Source: an uncultured Bacteroidales bacterium (lineage in GTDB: Bacteria > Bacteroidota > Bacteroidia > Bacteroidales > VadinHA17). Taken from it: a stretch of DNA of 64,000 nucleotides. Where the stretch lies: NCBI GenBank assembly GCA_963750735.1, contig CAVVRY010000019.1, positions 144,985 to 208,984 on the forward strand, given 5' to 3'. The notes under the pieces are model-generated. The model was not told the origin of the DNA and searched no databases. It was given only the letters and a program-made list of their open reading frames with translations. Shown one piece after another: positions 30,316-39,949 of this stretch (the first letter of the stretch is position 1; every line of letters begins with the position of its first letter). Made by a program: the position numbers and the translations under genes.

Positions 30316-33138
30316 TTATATTGTAAACTTCGCATCAAAATCAAGGTATTCATGAACTTTTAAAATTTCAGTGCGTGATTTTCCATCCACACACTGAAGC
30401 CCACAATATTTATTTTTTAATTCACAGTTGCAGTTCTTGAATACTTTATCTATAATTTCTTTCTGGCCAATTTCATGAAGCCCACTTAATCCGGTTGCCG
30501 GGCTCCCGCTTGCCAAACGAGTTACAGATATAAGATTCACTTCCTTAAATTCCTCTTTCACATATCGCCAGGCACCCATATTTTCCGGTTCCTCCTGAAC
30601 CCAAAGGTGAAGAATGGCATTTTTATATTTACTTAAAATAGTTTTAATCAATTCTGCAGGAAAAGGATACAATTGTTCTAAGCGAATTAGAGCTATATCA
30701 TTGGCCTTCAGTTCCATTTTCCTTTTTAGCAAATCATAGTATATCTTACCGGTGCAGAATACTACTCTTAGAACCTTTTCCACATCAACCTCTGTATCAT
30801 CAATTACCTCCTGAAAACGGTTTGTTGCCAGGTCTTCTATTGTAGAAACGCATAACGGATGTCGCAGCAGACTTTTAGGAGTAAAAATAATCAATGGGAT
30901 CATAAATTTACGGGTCAATTGCCTACGTAAAACATGGAAAAAGCTTGCTGGAGAAGTGGGTTGAACAATTTGCATATTATTCCTTGCAGCACTGGTCAGG
31001 AATCGTTCAATTCGGGCAGAGGAATGCTCTGGTCCCTGGCCTTCAAACCCATGTGGCAGTAACAGTACCAGACCATTCATAAGGCCCCATTTTTCCTCGG
31101 CCGAACTTATATATTGATCAATAATTACCTGAGCAACATTAAAAAAATCACCAAACTGTGCTTCCCAGATGGTTAAGTCCGTTGGTCTGGCAAGGGCATA
31201 CCCATATTCAAAGCCAAGGACACCATACTCAGATAAAGGTGAATTATAAATTGTAAAACTACTCTGGTCCGGAGTAAGATTATTTAGTGGAAAGAATTTT
31301 GCTCCTGTATCTTCTTCAATATATGTGGCATGACGATGTGAAAATGTACCTCTTTCAGAATCTTGTCCACTAATTCGAACGGCATGTCCTTCAGTTAATA
31401 ATGTGGCGTAAGCAAGTAATTCACCTAGTGCCCAGTCAAGTCGATCTTCCTTAATCATCAATTTTCGCTGGTCAATTAGTTTTATCAATTTTCTGAAGAA
31501 CTTTTTTTCTGACGGGAGATGGTTTATTTTATTTGCAAGATCAATTAATACTTCCTTTTTCACACTTGTCCTGGGACACTTCACCAGGTCATTGCGTTTG
31601 GGGTGTTTGAATCCTAGCCAGTCTTCAGCCAGAAACTGCTTAATAACTACTTCATCGGTTCCCTGAGATTTTTTCAATTTCTCTTCCAATATACTATCAA
31701 AGTCTTTTTGCGATTGTATGATATCTTCTTTGGAATAAATGCCTTCCTGGACCAGCTTCGTAGCATAAATATCTCTAGGAGATGGATGATTTGAAATGGC
31801 TTTATAAAGGAGAGGCTGTGTAAATCGAGGTTCATCACCCTCATTATGACCATATTTCCTGTAGCACAAAATGTCAATGAAAACATCAGATTTAAATTTC
31901 TGACGAAACTCCATGCTTAATAATATAGTGAAAATAAGAGCTTCAACATCATCACCATTTACATGGAAAATAGGTGCTTTTGTAACCTTGCCAATATCAG
32001 TACAATACGTACTTGATCTTGCCTCAAGGTAATTAGTAGTAAATCCCACCTGATTATTAATAACTAGGTGAATGGTTCCGCCAGTTTTATAACCTTTCAG
32101 AAGTGACATTTGGAGAACCTCATAAACCACTCCCTGTGATGCAATAGCAGCATCACCATGAATAAGGATTGGTGCCAGTTTTGAGGAATCACCGCCATAT
32201 TTTTTATCAATCTTGGCTCTTGCCAATCCTTCTACTACAGCATCAACTGCTTCAAGATGCGAAGGATTTGGAGCAAGATTAAGCTTCAATTTTTCACCTT
32301 TTGCGTTGGTTATTGTATTGCTATAACCCAAGTGATACTTTACATCTCCAAGTGAGATATTACTTTGATAAAATTTCCCATTAAATTCATTAAAAATATC
32401 CTCAAATGGTTTCTCAAGGATATTAGCAAGTACATTTAACCTGCCTCTATGCGACATTCCAATAATAAACTCCTCAATACCTAATCCTGCTCCTCTTTCA
32501 ATCACAGCACCTAAAGCGGGGATAAGCGCTTCAGCTCCTTCCAGAGAAAACCGTTTCTGCCCAACAAATTTTTTATGAATAAAATTTTCAAAGCCAACGG
32601 ATTGATTTAGGAGTAAGTAAATGTTTTTCTTTTCATCAATGCTAAAAGAAGGAGTGTTCTGTACCGGTTCCATTTTGCTTTGAAGCCATGAAATAACTTC
32701 AGGATTGCGCATAAAACCATATTCAGCACCTATGGAATTACAATATGTTCGCTCAAGGTGATCAACAATCTCAATAAGTGGGGCAGGACCAATTCCAATG
32801 TTTTTACCAGCCTGAAATACAGTATTTAGGTCTTTCTCCGAGAGACCGAAATTTTCCAGGTCAAGAGTGGGAGTATATTCTCTGCGTGCCCTAACTGGAT
32901 TTGTTTTAGTAAATAAGTGACCTCGACGTCTGTAGCCTTCAATGAGGTTAATTACTTTAAATTCGTTATCAAGGACTTTCTCACCTGGTTTGGTATTAAA
33001 GTTTTTCCTGGCGAAATCAAAACCTTCGAAAAAATTACTCCAACTTTCATCAATACTTTGAGGATCATTGAGATACTGATTGTAGAGACTCTCAAATGAT
33101 GAAGCATCTCCCTGTCCGAGAAAGTCGAATTTCTTCAT
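30316..33138 (-). CDS. sucA: 2-oxoglutarate dehydrogenase E1 component
   Basis: 940 aa. The N-terminus FLGQGDASSFESLYNQYLNDP and TPP-binding regions are typical of SucA. It lies directly upstream of sucB. Confidence 0.95.
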   Translation of the reverse strand: MKKFDFLGQGDASSFESLYNQYLNDPQSIDESWSNFFEGFDFARKNFNTKPGEKVLDNEFKVINLIEGYRRRGHLFTKTNPVRARREYTPTLDLENFGLSEKDLNTVFQAGKNIGIGPAPLIEIVDHLERTYCNSIGAEYGFMRNPEVISWLQSKMEPVQNTPSFSIDEKKNIYLLLNQSVGFENFIHKKFVGQKRFSLEGAEALIPALGAVIERGAGLGIEEFIIGMSHRGRLNVLANILEKPFEDIFNEFNGKFYQSNISLGDVKYHLGYSNTITNAKGEKLKLNLAPNPSHLEAVDAVVEGLARAKIDKKYGGDSSKLAPILIHGDAAIASQGVVYEVLQMSLLKGYKTGGTIHLVINNQVGFTTNYLEARSSTYCTDIGKVTKAPIFHVNGDDVEALIFTILLSMEFRQKFKSDVFIDILCYRKYGHNEGDEPRFTQPLLYKAISNHPSPRDIYATKLVQEGIYSKEDIIQSQKDFDSILEEKLKKSQGTDEVVIKQFLAEDWLGFKHPKRNDLVKCPRTSVKKEVLIDLANKINHLPSEKKFFRKLIKLIDQRKLMIKEDRLDWALGELLAYATLLTEGHAVRISGQDSERGTFSHRHATYIEEDTGAKFFPLNNLTPDQSSFTIYNSPLSEYGVLGFEYGYALARPTDLTIWEAQFGDFFNVAQVIIDQYISSAEEKWGLMNGLVLLLPHGFEGQGPEHSSARIERFLTSAARNNMQIVQPTSPASFFHVLRRQLTRKFMIPLIIFTPKSLLRHPLCVSTIEDLATNRFQEVIDDTEVDVEKVLRVVFCTGKIYYDLLKRKMELKANDIALIRLEQLYPFPAELIKTILSKYKNAILHLWVQEEPENMGAWRYVKEEFKEVNLISVTRLASGSPATGLSGLHEIGQKEIIDKVFKNCNCELKNKYCGLQCVDGKSRTEILKVHEYLDFDAKFTI

Positions 33139-33274
33139 GGGCCCTTAAATAATAAGGAAAAAGTTATTTATAATCGTTCAAAATTAAAAAACTTTTTGCA
33201 TTAACCGGCTGGAAAAGCAACAAAAAGCTGATTTAGAGAACTAATTTTTAAAATAGATAAGGCAATTATTGATT

Positions 33275-34274
33275 TTAACTTATTTCACTAAAGTATTTCA
33301 TGAATTGAAGTCGTTCATAAACCTCAGGATTACTAGCTTTATCCTGACTTAATTTACCTTTAAACTGGTCGATATAATTGAAGCCTTTTTTCTCCATCCA
33401 GGTGTGTATGGTATTTAGCATTTTGGGGAGGTAGTCGTTGCCATTTATGTATAAAGCAGAGGCCACCTGCACAGCTGATGCACCTGCCAGTATTTGTTTT
33501 ATTACCGCTTCCCCATCATGCACTCCTGTGGAGGCAGCAAGGTCAATATCTATCCTTTGTGAAAGCATGGCAATCCATCGCAAAGAATTATACATTTCAG
33601 CTGGTGTGCTAAAGACATCTGCCACTGTTATTTTGATATTATCAATATCAATATTAGGGCTGGAGAAACGGTTAAATAAAACTACTGCATCTGCTCCTTC
33701 AACCTCAAGGTTCATAACAACCTGGCCAAGGTTAGAGAAATACGGGCTGATCTTTACAGAGACAGGAATGGTTATTTCCTTTTTAATTTTACGCACAATT
33801 TCATAATACTTTTCCTGAATTTCATTGGCATTGTTTTCAAAATGGAAAGGCATTAGAAAAATATTTAATTCGAGAGCATCTGCACCTGCCTGTTGAATTT
33901 GCTTTGCAAAACCAGTCCATTCGGCTGATGATATACAGTTTATACTGGCAATTACAGGTATGTTTAAATCTCTTTTTACCTGGGCAATTAAATTCAGGTA
34001 ATTGCCCAATTCTCTTTCCTTAATGTGCAGATCAATATAATCAAGTGTTTCGGAATGTTCAGAGTATATAAAGGTGTTTTTGCGAGCTTTTTCAAGTTTA
34101 TGCTGAGCTTCCAGCATAATTTGTTCTTCAAACAACGATTTCAAGTACCACTGCTCCAGCTCCATTTCTATCGTGCTCCTGTATTTTTGAAAATGAATCA
34201 GTTAACCCTGAGCTGGCGACAATAATTGGATTTCTAAGGGTTAAACCCATATATTTTGTGCTTATTTCGGCCAT
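33275..34274 (-). pseudogene. Dihydroorotate-dehydrogenase-like FMN TIM-barrel protein, interrupted by a +1 frame change (or a sequencing error)
   Basis: My translation from the ATG at 34274 gives MAEISTKYMGLTLRNPIIVASSGLTDSFSKIQEHDRNGAGAVVL, then a stop at 34128-34130. The ORF-track frame (33275..34165) continues KSLFEEQIMLEA... The span is 1000 nt = 333 codons + 1 nt. The switch is around 34139-34145 (GTA CTT G AAA TCG). Confidence 0.75.
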
Positions 34275-34297
34275 AACAAAAGAGTTTAAGTTTATGA

Positions 34298-35785
34298 TTA
34301 ATTAGATTTAACTTTCTCTGAAATATATTTGTGTATACCTGCAGCCGCTCTTCTTCCATCACCCATAGCAAGAATGACTGTAGCTCCGCCTCTTACAATA
34401 TCCCCACCCGCAAATATATCAGGAATTGAGGATTGCATGGTCTCAGGATCCACTTCAATGGTGTGCCAGTCGCTCACCTTTAAATCAGGCAGGGCAGTTG
34501 GTATCAATGGATTTGGAGAAACTCCAACACTTACTATAACTGTATCTACATCAATATCAAATTCAGAATTTTCAATAACAATAGGTCTTCGGCGGCCTGA
34601 GGAATCAGGTTCACCCAATTTCATTTTCTGGACCCGCATTTTGTTTACACGACCCTCTTTATCTGCAAAATATTCTACTGGATTATGAAGATTCATGAAC
34701 TCAATACCTTCTTCAATGGCGTGCTTAACCTCTTCAACCCTTGCAGGCATCTCCTCCCTCGACCTTCTATAGATAATCATGGCCCTTTCCGCCCCAAGTC
34801 TTTTTGCCGTCCGAACTGAATCCATTGCAGTATTACCACCTCCAATTACAGCTACCTTATTGCCACTAAATACTGGTGTATCATACTTTTTATCAGAGGC
34901 ATTCATTAAATTGACACGGGTCAGATACTCATTTGATGAAAAGATATTGTTGTAGTTTTCACCTGGGATATTCATGAAATTTGGCAATCCTGCTCCACTT
35001 CCAACAAAGAAAGCTTGAAAACCCAATTCCTTTAGGTCATCTATTGAAACTGTTTTTCCAATAATGAAATTTTTCTTGAATTTAACACCCATCTTTTTCA
35101 TATTATCAATTTCAACATCGACAACACTATTGGGCAAACGGAACTCAGGTATACCGTATTTCAAAACCCCTCCAATTTCATGCAAAGCTTCAAAGACAGT
35201 AACGTCATATCCCCATTTTGCCAGGTCCCCTGCACATGCAAGTCCAGCTGGTCCAGATCCAATAATTGCCACTTTAGTTCCAATAGGTGCTGAAACCTCA
35301 GGAATAGACATTTTTCCACTTCCCTGTTCAAAATCTGCTGCAAATCTTTCCAGGTGTCCAATAGCAACCGGGTCCTTTTTAAGGGATATAGTATAGAAAC
35401 ATTTTTCCTCACATTGTTTTTCCTGAGGGCAAACTCGTCCACAAACTGCAGGTAGTGTATTTGTCTCTTTAAGAACTTTTGCAGCTTCAAGGAAATCTTC
35501 CTGCTCAATTCGTTTGATGAATTTGGGAATATTAATTCCGACGGGACAGCCAGATATACATGTAGGATTAGCACAATCAAGGCAACGGCTAGCCTCAATA
35601 ATTGCCTGTTCTGGAACTAATCCCTTATTTACTTCCTCGGAATTTTTATTTCTGAGATTAGGATCGGCCTCAGGCATTGTTACTCTCTGTTTTTGTGTCC
35701 GATCCTTCGCTTTTAAAGATTTTCGGAGCTCAACTCGCCATTCCTGGCTGCGTTCTTCTTTTAAATATGCAGTAATATCTTCCAT
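34298..35785 (-). CDS. GltD-like NADPH-dependent FAD/Fe-S oxidoreductase (NfnB / SudA / glutamate synthase small-chain family)
   Basis: Cys clusters CLDCANPTCISGCP and CGRVCPQEKQCEEKC. Dinucleotide motifs IIGSGPAGLACAG and VIGGGNTAMD. The preferred start is the ATG at 35785 (MEDITAY), 1 nt after the upstream stop. Confidence 0.8.
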   Translation of the reverse strand: MEDITAYLKEERSQEWRVELRKSLKAKDRTQKQRVTMPEADPNLRNKNSEEVNKGLVPEQAIIEASRCLDCANPTCISGCPVGINIPKFIKRIEQEDFLEAAKVLKETNTLPAVCGRVCPQEKQCEEKCFYTISLKKDPVAIGHLERFAADFEQGSGKMSIPEVSAPIGTKVAIIGSGPAGLACAGDLAKWGYDVTVFEALHEIGGVLKYGIPEFRLPNSVVDVEIDNMKKMGVKFKKNFIIGKTVSIDDLKELGFQAFFVGSGAGLPNFMNIPGENYNNIFSSNEYLTRVNLMNASDKKYDTPVFSGNKVAVIGGGNTAMDSVRTAKRLGAERAMIIYRRSREEMPARVEEVKHAIEEGIEFMNLHNPVEYFADKEGRVNKMRVQKMKLGEPDSSGRRRPIVIENSEFDIDVDTVIVSVGVSPNPLIPTALPDLKVSDWHTIEVDPETMQSSIPDIFAGGDIVRGGATVILAMGDGRRAAAGIHKYISEKVKSN

Positions 35786-35786
35786 A

Positions 35787-36614
35787 TTAAACCAAGGTTT
35801 TAGTATATTCCTCAAAAGCTTCTATTTCCTGATCCTTATAAGCACCAAGGCGTTGAAGCATTTGATCAAAATCAACTTTATGTGCATCGAATTCAGGACC
35901 GTCTACACATACAAAGCATGTTTTACCATCGACTGTTACACGACAGGCACCGCACATTCCTGTACCATCAACCATGATTGTATTTAAACTCGCTATAGTT
36001 GGGATATTGTATTTTTTTGTTGTCAGGGCTGCGAATTTCATCATGATAGCAGGTCCGATTACCACCGACATATCAACTTTTTCTCGTTTAATGACCTCTT
36101 CCATACCATGGGTTACAAGGCCTTTTTGACCATAGGACCCATCATCAGTCATTATTATTAGTTCATCTGAGTGTTCACGCATCTGATCTTCTAGGATTAT
36201 TAGATCCTTATTTCGAGCAGCCAGGACAGTTATAATTCTATTTCCAGCCTTTTTAAGTCCTTCCACAATTGGTAAAAGCGGCGCTACGCCCACTCCACCA
36301 CCAGCGCATAATACGGTCCCCACTTTTTCTATATGTGTGGGAAGACCCATAGGACCAGCAACATCTTCTAGAAAATCACCTACATTTAGTTCTGTAAGCT
36401 TGTAAGATGAAACGCCTACTCTTTGAATGATAAGTGTAATGGTTCCATTTATCTCATCTGCACCTGCGATTGTAAGTGGTATTCTTTCACCCTTTTCGTC
36501 AACCCTGATTATGACAAAATGCCCTGGTTTTCTTGATTTTGCAATTTCAGGAGCCTCCAATACCAATTTAATCACATTCTCTGAGAAAAATTCTTTTTCT
36601 ACAATTTTATTCAT
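35787..36614 (-). CDS. PyrK-like FAD/NAD(P)-binding [2Fe-2S] protein (NfnA / SudB family)
   Basis: 275 aa with a ferredoxin-reductase-type fold (PGHFVIIRV, RIPLTIA, CAGGGVGVAPL). C-terminal cluster motif GTGMCGACRVTVDGKTCFVCVDGP. Confidence 0.8.
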   Translation of the reverse strand: MNKIVEKEFFSENVIKLVLEAPEIAKSRKPGHFVIIRVDEKGERIPLTIAGADEINGTITLIIQRVGVSSYKLTELNVGDFLEDVAGPMGLPTHIEKVGTVLCAGGGVGVAPLLPIVEGLKKAGNRIITVLAARNKDLIILEDQMREHSDELIIMTDDGSYGQKGLVTHGMEEVIKREKVDMSVVIGPAIMMKFAALTTKKYNIPTIASLNTIMVDGTGMCGACRVTVDGKTCFVCVDGPEFDAHKVDFDQMLQRLGAYKDQEIEAFEEYTKTLV

Positions 36615-36863
36615 CTCATGAATGGTTTATAAGTGTTAAGGAAACAAAAATATAAATTTAAAAATACCATGTAAAAATTTTTGCACAATGCTGTTTAATA
36701 ACATATCAAAGGTATTAAAAGTAGAGTATACCTTCCCAGATAAAACCTTTTTTAAATAATTTAAGAATATTATTAACAAATTATCTGATTTTTGGGCAAT
36801 TCATAAATTGTATTTAGTTTTTTAGGTCTTAAATTACTTTCTTTGCAAAAAATATTTATTCAA

Positions 36864-37988
36864 ATGGTTATAGGAATATTAAGTGAAGCAAACGCTGATA
36901 ACAGGGTAGCATTGTTGCCTGAAAGTGTAAGTGTACTCATTAAAAAGAAGGTTAATGTCCTTGTAGAGAAAAATGCCGGGTTGAAGGCTTTTGCCTCTGA
37001 TAAGGATTATGAAGAAGCTGGTGCTAAGGTCGAATCTCGTGTTAAGATCCTTGAAGAGTCTGATCTTTTATTAAAGGTTAATCCTTTGGAAATAGTTGAG
37101 GCATCTAAATTGAAGGGTAAAAAGGTACTGATTTCTGTAATGAATCCATTTTTCAATACTGAGCTTATAAAGGTGTTTAAGGAAAACGGCGTAACCACCT
37201 TTGGAATGGATGTTATTCCCAGAACCTCAAGGGCTCAGGCTATGGATGTTCTATCATCGATGGCAACTGTGGCGGGGTATAAGGCAGTACTTGATGCTGC
37301 TGGTAAACTACCTAACTTTTTCCCAATGTTTATGTCGGCAGCTGGTACAATACGCCCTTCAAAGGTTTTGATATTGGGTGCAGGAGTAGCAGGACTGCAA
37401 GCTGTGGCAACATCACGTAAGTTGGGTGCAGTTGTTGAAGTTTTTGATGTAAGGGCAGCTGTAAAAGAAGAGGTGATGAGCCTTGGAGCTAAATTCGTTG
37501 AAGTTGAGGGTGCCGTTGATGAGGCATCTGCAGGTGGGTATGCTGTTGAGCAGACCGAGGAATTTAAAAAACGGCAGGCTCAGGCTATACATGATCATGC
37601 TTTAGGTTCAAATGTTGTTATCTGCACTGCTCAAATACCTGGAAGAAAAGCTCCTCTTTTAATTCACAAAGCTACCGTTGAAGAAATGAAACCGGGAACA
37701 GTAATAATTGACCTGGCGGCATCAACAGGTGGTAACTGTGAGCTGACAAAAAATGGAGAAGTTGTTGAGCACAATGGTGTTAGTATTGTTGGTAATTCGA
37801 ATTATCCTTCTGAAATGCCAAATGATGCAAGCCGCATGTTTGGTAAAAACTTAATGAATTTTCTGAATCTTTTAGTTGATGAAGAAGGAAATATGAATCT
37901 GAATTTTGAGGATGATATTGTGTTGGGAACTTGTATAACCCATAACAATGAAATCATTAATGAGAGAATTAAAGAATTTATTAAATAA
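36864..37988 (+). CDS. pntAA: NAD(P) transhydrogenase alpha subunit, part 1 (dI)
   Basis: Alanine-dehydrogenase/PNT fold with VLILGAGVAGLQA. The ATG at 36864 is preferred over the TTG at 36843. Confidence 0.9.
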   Translation: MVIGILSEANADNRVALLPESVSVLIKKKVNVLVEKNAGLKAFASDKDYEEAGAKVESRVKILEESDLLLKVNPLEIVEASKLKGKKVLISVMNPFFNTELIKVFKENGVTTFGMDVIPRTSRAQAMDVLSSMATVAGYKAVLDAAGKLPNFFPMFMSAAGTIRPSKVLILGAGVAGLQAVATSRKLGAVVEVFDVRAAVKEEVMSLGAKFVEVEGAVDEASAGGYAVEQTEEFKKRQAQAIHDHALGSNVVICTAQIPGRKAPLLIHKATVEEMKPGTVIIDLAASTGGNCELTKNGEVVEHNGVSIVGNSNYPSEMPNDASRMFGKNLMNFLNLLVDEEGNMNLNFEDDIVLGTCITHNNEIINERIKEFIK

Positions 37989-37999
37989 TAATAAAGATC

Positions 38000-38311
38000 A
38001 TGGAAACTGTTTTAAAGGCTTTTTATGAGAATAAGGATTTTATTTTCATTATAATTCTATCAATTTTTCTGGGTGTTGAGGTGATATCCAATGTGCCTGC
38101 GGTTTTGCATACCCCACTGATGTCAGGGGCTAATGCAATTAGCGGGGTTATAATAATTGGAGGTATAATACTTGTGGGCCATGCTGATCTGACTCAAATA
38201 TCAGTTAACCTGGTATTGGGAATTTTTGCAGTATTGTTTGGCACTCTTAATGTTGCGGGTGGTTTTGTTGTTACTGACAGAATGCTTGAGATGTTTAAAA
38301 AGAAGAAATAA
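38000..38311 (+). CDS. pntAB: NAD(P) transhydrogenase alpha subunit, part 2 (membrane)
   Basis: 103 aa with three hydrophobic helices, located between pntAA and pntB. Confidence 0.85.
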   Translation: METVLKAFYENKDFIFIIILSIFLGVEVISNVPAVLHTPLMSGANAISGVIIIGGIILVGHADLTQISVNLVLGIFAVLFGTLNVAGGFVVTDRMLEMFKKKK

Positions 38312-38397
38312 AACAATTACTCAAGGAAGGAATTGAATATTTCTACAGGTAAATGTTGAATAGAATTTTTTGCTGAAATAAATTAAAAGAAATAAAT

Positions 38398-39819
38398 ATG
38401 AATAATATAGTAGCGGGTTTAGGAGTATCATATGCAACTGTACTTCTTGAAATTAGTTATTTATTAGCCGCAGTCTTTTTTGTTGTTGGACTTAAATTTC
38501 AGAGCCATCCTCAATCTGCCCGAAAAGGTAATATCTGGGCAGCGAGTGGAATGGTTCTGGCTATGTTAACTACGCTGTTTTTGCACAAAAATGCACAGGG
38601 TGAGGGAATCTCCCTTGTCAATGGAATTGTAGTAGTATTAGCTATTGGTGTAGCTGCCGTTCTTGGTACAATAATAGCACGACGTGTTAAAATGACTGCA
38701 ATGCCTGAACTGGTTTCATTTTTTAATGCTACCGGTGGTGGGGCCTCTGCTCTAGTTGCATTAATTGAGTTTTCAAATCCTGGTAATTCTTCAACCCTTG
38801 TAACCCTGCTTGGCCTGGTAATCGGCTCTGTTGCCTTTAGTGGTAGTTTAATTGCCTATGGTAAGCTCGATGGTAAAGTTGGAGACATATTTGCTAAATG
38901 GACAACCTATTTGAACCTGTTTTTGCTTGCTGTAGTAATAGCATTTATTGTGTATATAATATTTGGTGGAGCAAGCTTTGAAATGCAAAAAACGCTGGTT
39001 CTTGTTTTGCTTGGAATATCTCTAATTTATGGTGTAATGTTTGTAATGCCAATCGGTGGAGCAGACATGCCTGTTGTAATCTCATTGTTAAATTCATTAA
39101 CAGGGATAGCAGCAGCAATGGGAGGTTTTATTTATCACAACATGGCAATGATTCTTGGAGGAATCCTTGTCGGTGCAGCTGGTACTATTTTGACATTTTT
39201 GATGTGTAAGGCAATGAACAGATCCTTGTTTAATGTAATTGTAGGTGCTTTTGGAGGAGGGGGAGCCAGTATTGATAGGGATCAGGGTACCATAAAGGAA
39301 ATTACATTAAGTGATGCAAGTATATTATTAAGTTATTCACAAAAAGTAGTTATCGTACCTGGATATGGGCTGGCTGTTGCTCAGGCACAGCATATTTGCC
39401 ATGAACTGGATACTCTTTTAGAAGAAAAGGGAGTGGAAGTTAAGTATGCTATTCATCCAGTAGCAGGTAGAATGCCAGGCCATATGAATGTGCTACTTGC
39501 AGAAGCCGACGTTCCGTATGAAAAACTAATTGAAATGGATGATATTAATCCATCCTTACCTAATACTGATGTGGTTATTGTAATCGGGGCGAATGATGTG
39601 GTCAATCCGGCAGCTCTGGATGATCCGTCAAGCCCTATTTATGGAATGCCAATTATTAAAACGCATGAAGCCAAAAATATTATTGTAATGAAAAGGGGAA
39701 TGGGCAAGGGATATGCAGGTATTGAGAATTTCTTGTTTTTCAATGATAAAACAAGAATGCTTTTTGGTAATGCGAAAGATTCATTACAGAAACTTGTAAC
39801 TGAAATTAATTCATTGTAA
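38398..39819 (+). CDS. pntB: NAD(P) transhydrogenase beta subunit
   Basis: 473 aa with an N-terminal polytopic domain and a C-terminal dIII domain (VPGYGLAVAQAQH, GANDVVNP). Confidence 0.9.
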   Translation: MNNIVAGLGVSYATVLLEISYLLAAVFFVVGLKFQSHPQSARKGNIWAASGMVLAMLTTLFLHKNAQGEGISLVNGIVVVLAIGVAAVLGTIIARRVKMTAMPELVSFFNATGGGASALVALIEFSNPGNSSTLVTLLGLVIGSVAFSGSLIAYGKLDGKVGDIFAKWTTYLNLFLLAVVIAFIVYIIFGGASFEMQKTLVLVLLGISLIYGVMFVMPIGGADMPVVISLLNSLTGIAAAMGGFIYHNMAMILGGILVGAAGTILTFLMCKAMNRSLFNVIVGAFGGGGASIDRDQGTIKEITLSDASILLSYSQKVVIVPGYGLAVAQAQHICHELDTLLEEKGVEVKYAIHPVAGRMPGHMNVLLAEADVPYEKLIEMDDINPSLPNTDVVIVIGANDVVNPAALDDPSSPIYGMPIIKTHEAKNIIVMKRGMGKGYAGIENFLFFNDKTRMLFGNAKDSLQKLVTEINSL

Positions 39820-39849
39820 TAGATTACATAATTTTTACCAATAGATTTT

Positions 39850-39879
39850 AGAGGTGCTTTTTGGGCACCTCTTTTTTTT
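39850..39879 (+). terminator. Rho-independent terminator after pntB
   Basis: Stem agaggtgc (39850-39857) / gcacctct (39865-39872), followed by T8. Confidence 0.8.
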
Positions 39880-39949
39880 ATCAAATTTTAGGGTTAAAAT
39901 CTTTCGATGAGAATAAAGAATATTATTTCGATAAGATGATCAGATATGC

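Noticed and set aside
36694-36719. Inverted repeat TTTAATA-N12-TATTAAA in the nfn/pnt divergent promoter region
   Set aside because: It consists purely of A/T 7-mers in a very AT-rich region, so it is likely to arise by chance. It bears no resemblance to known operator consensus sequences.
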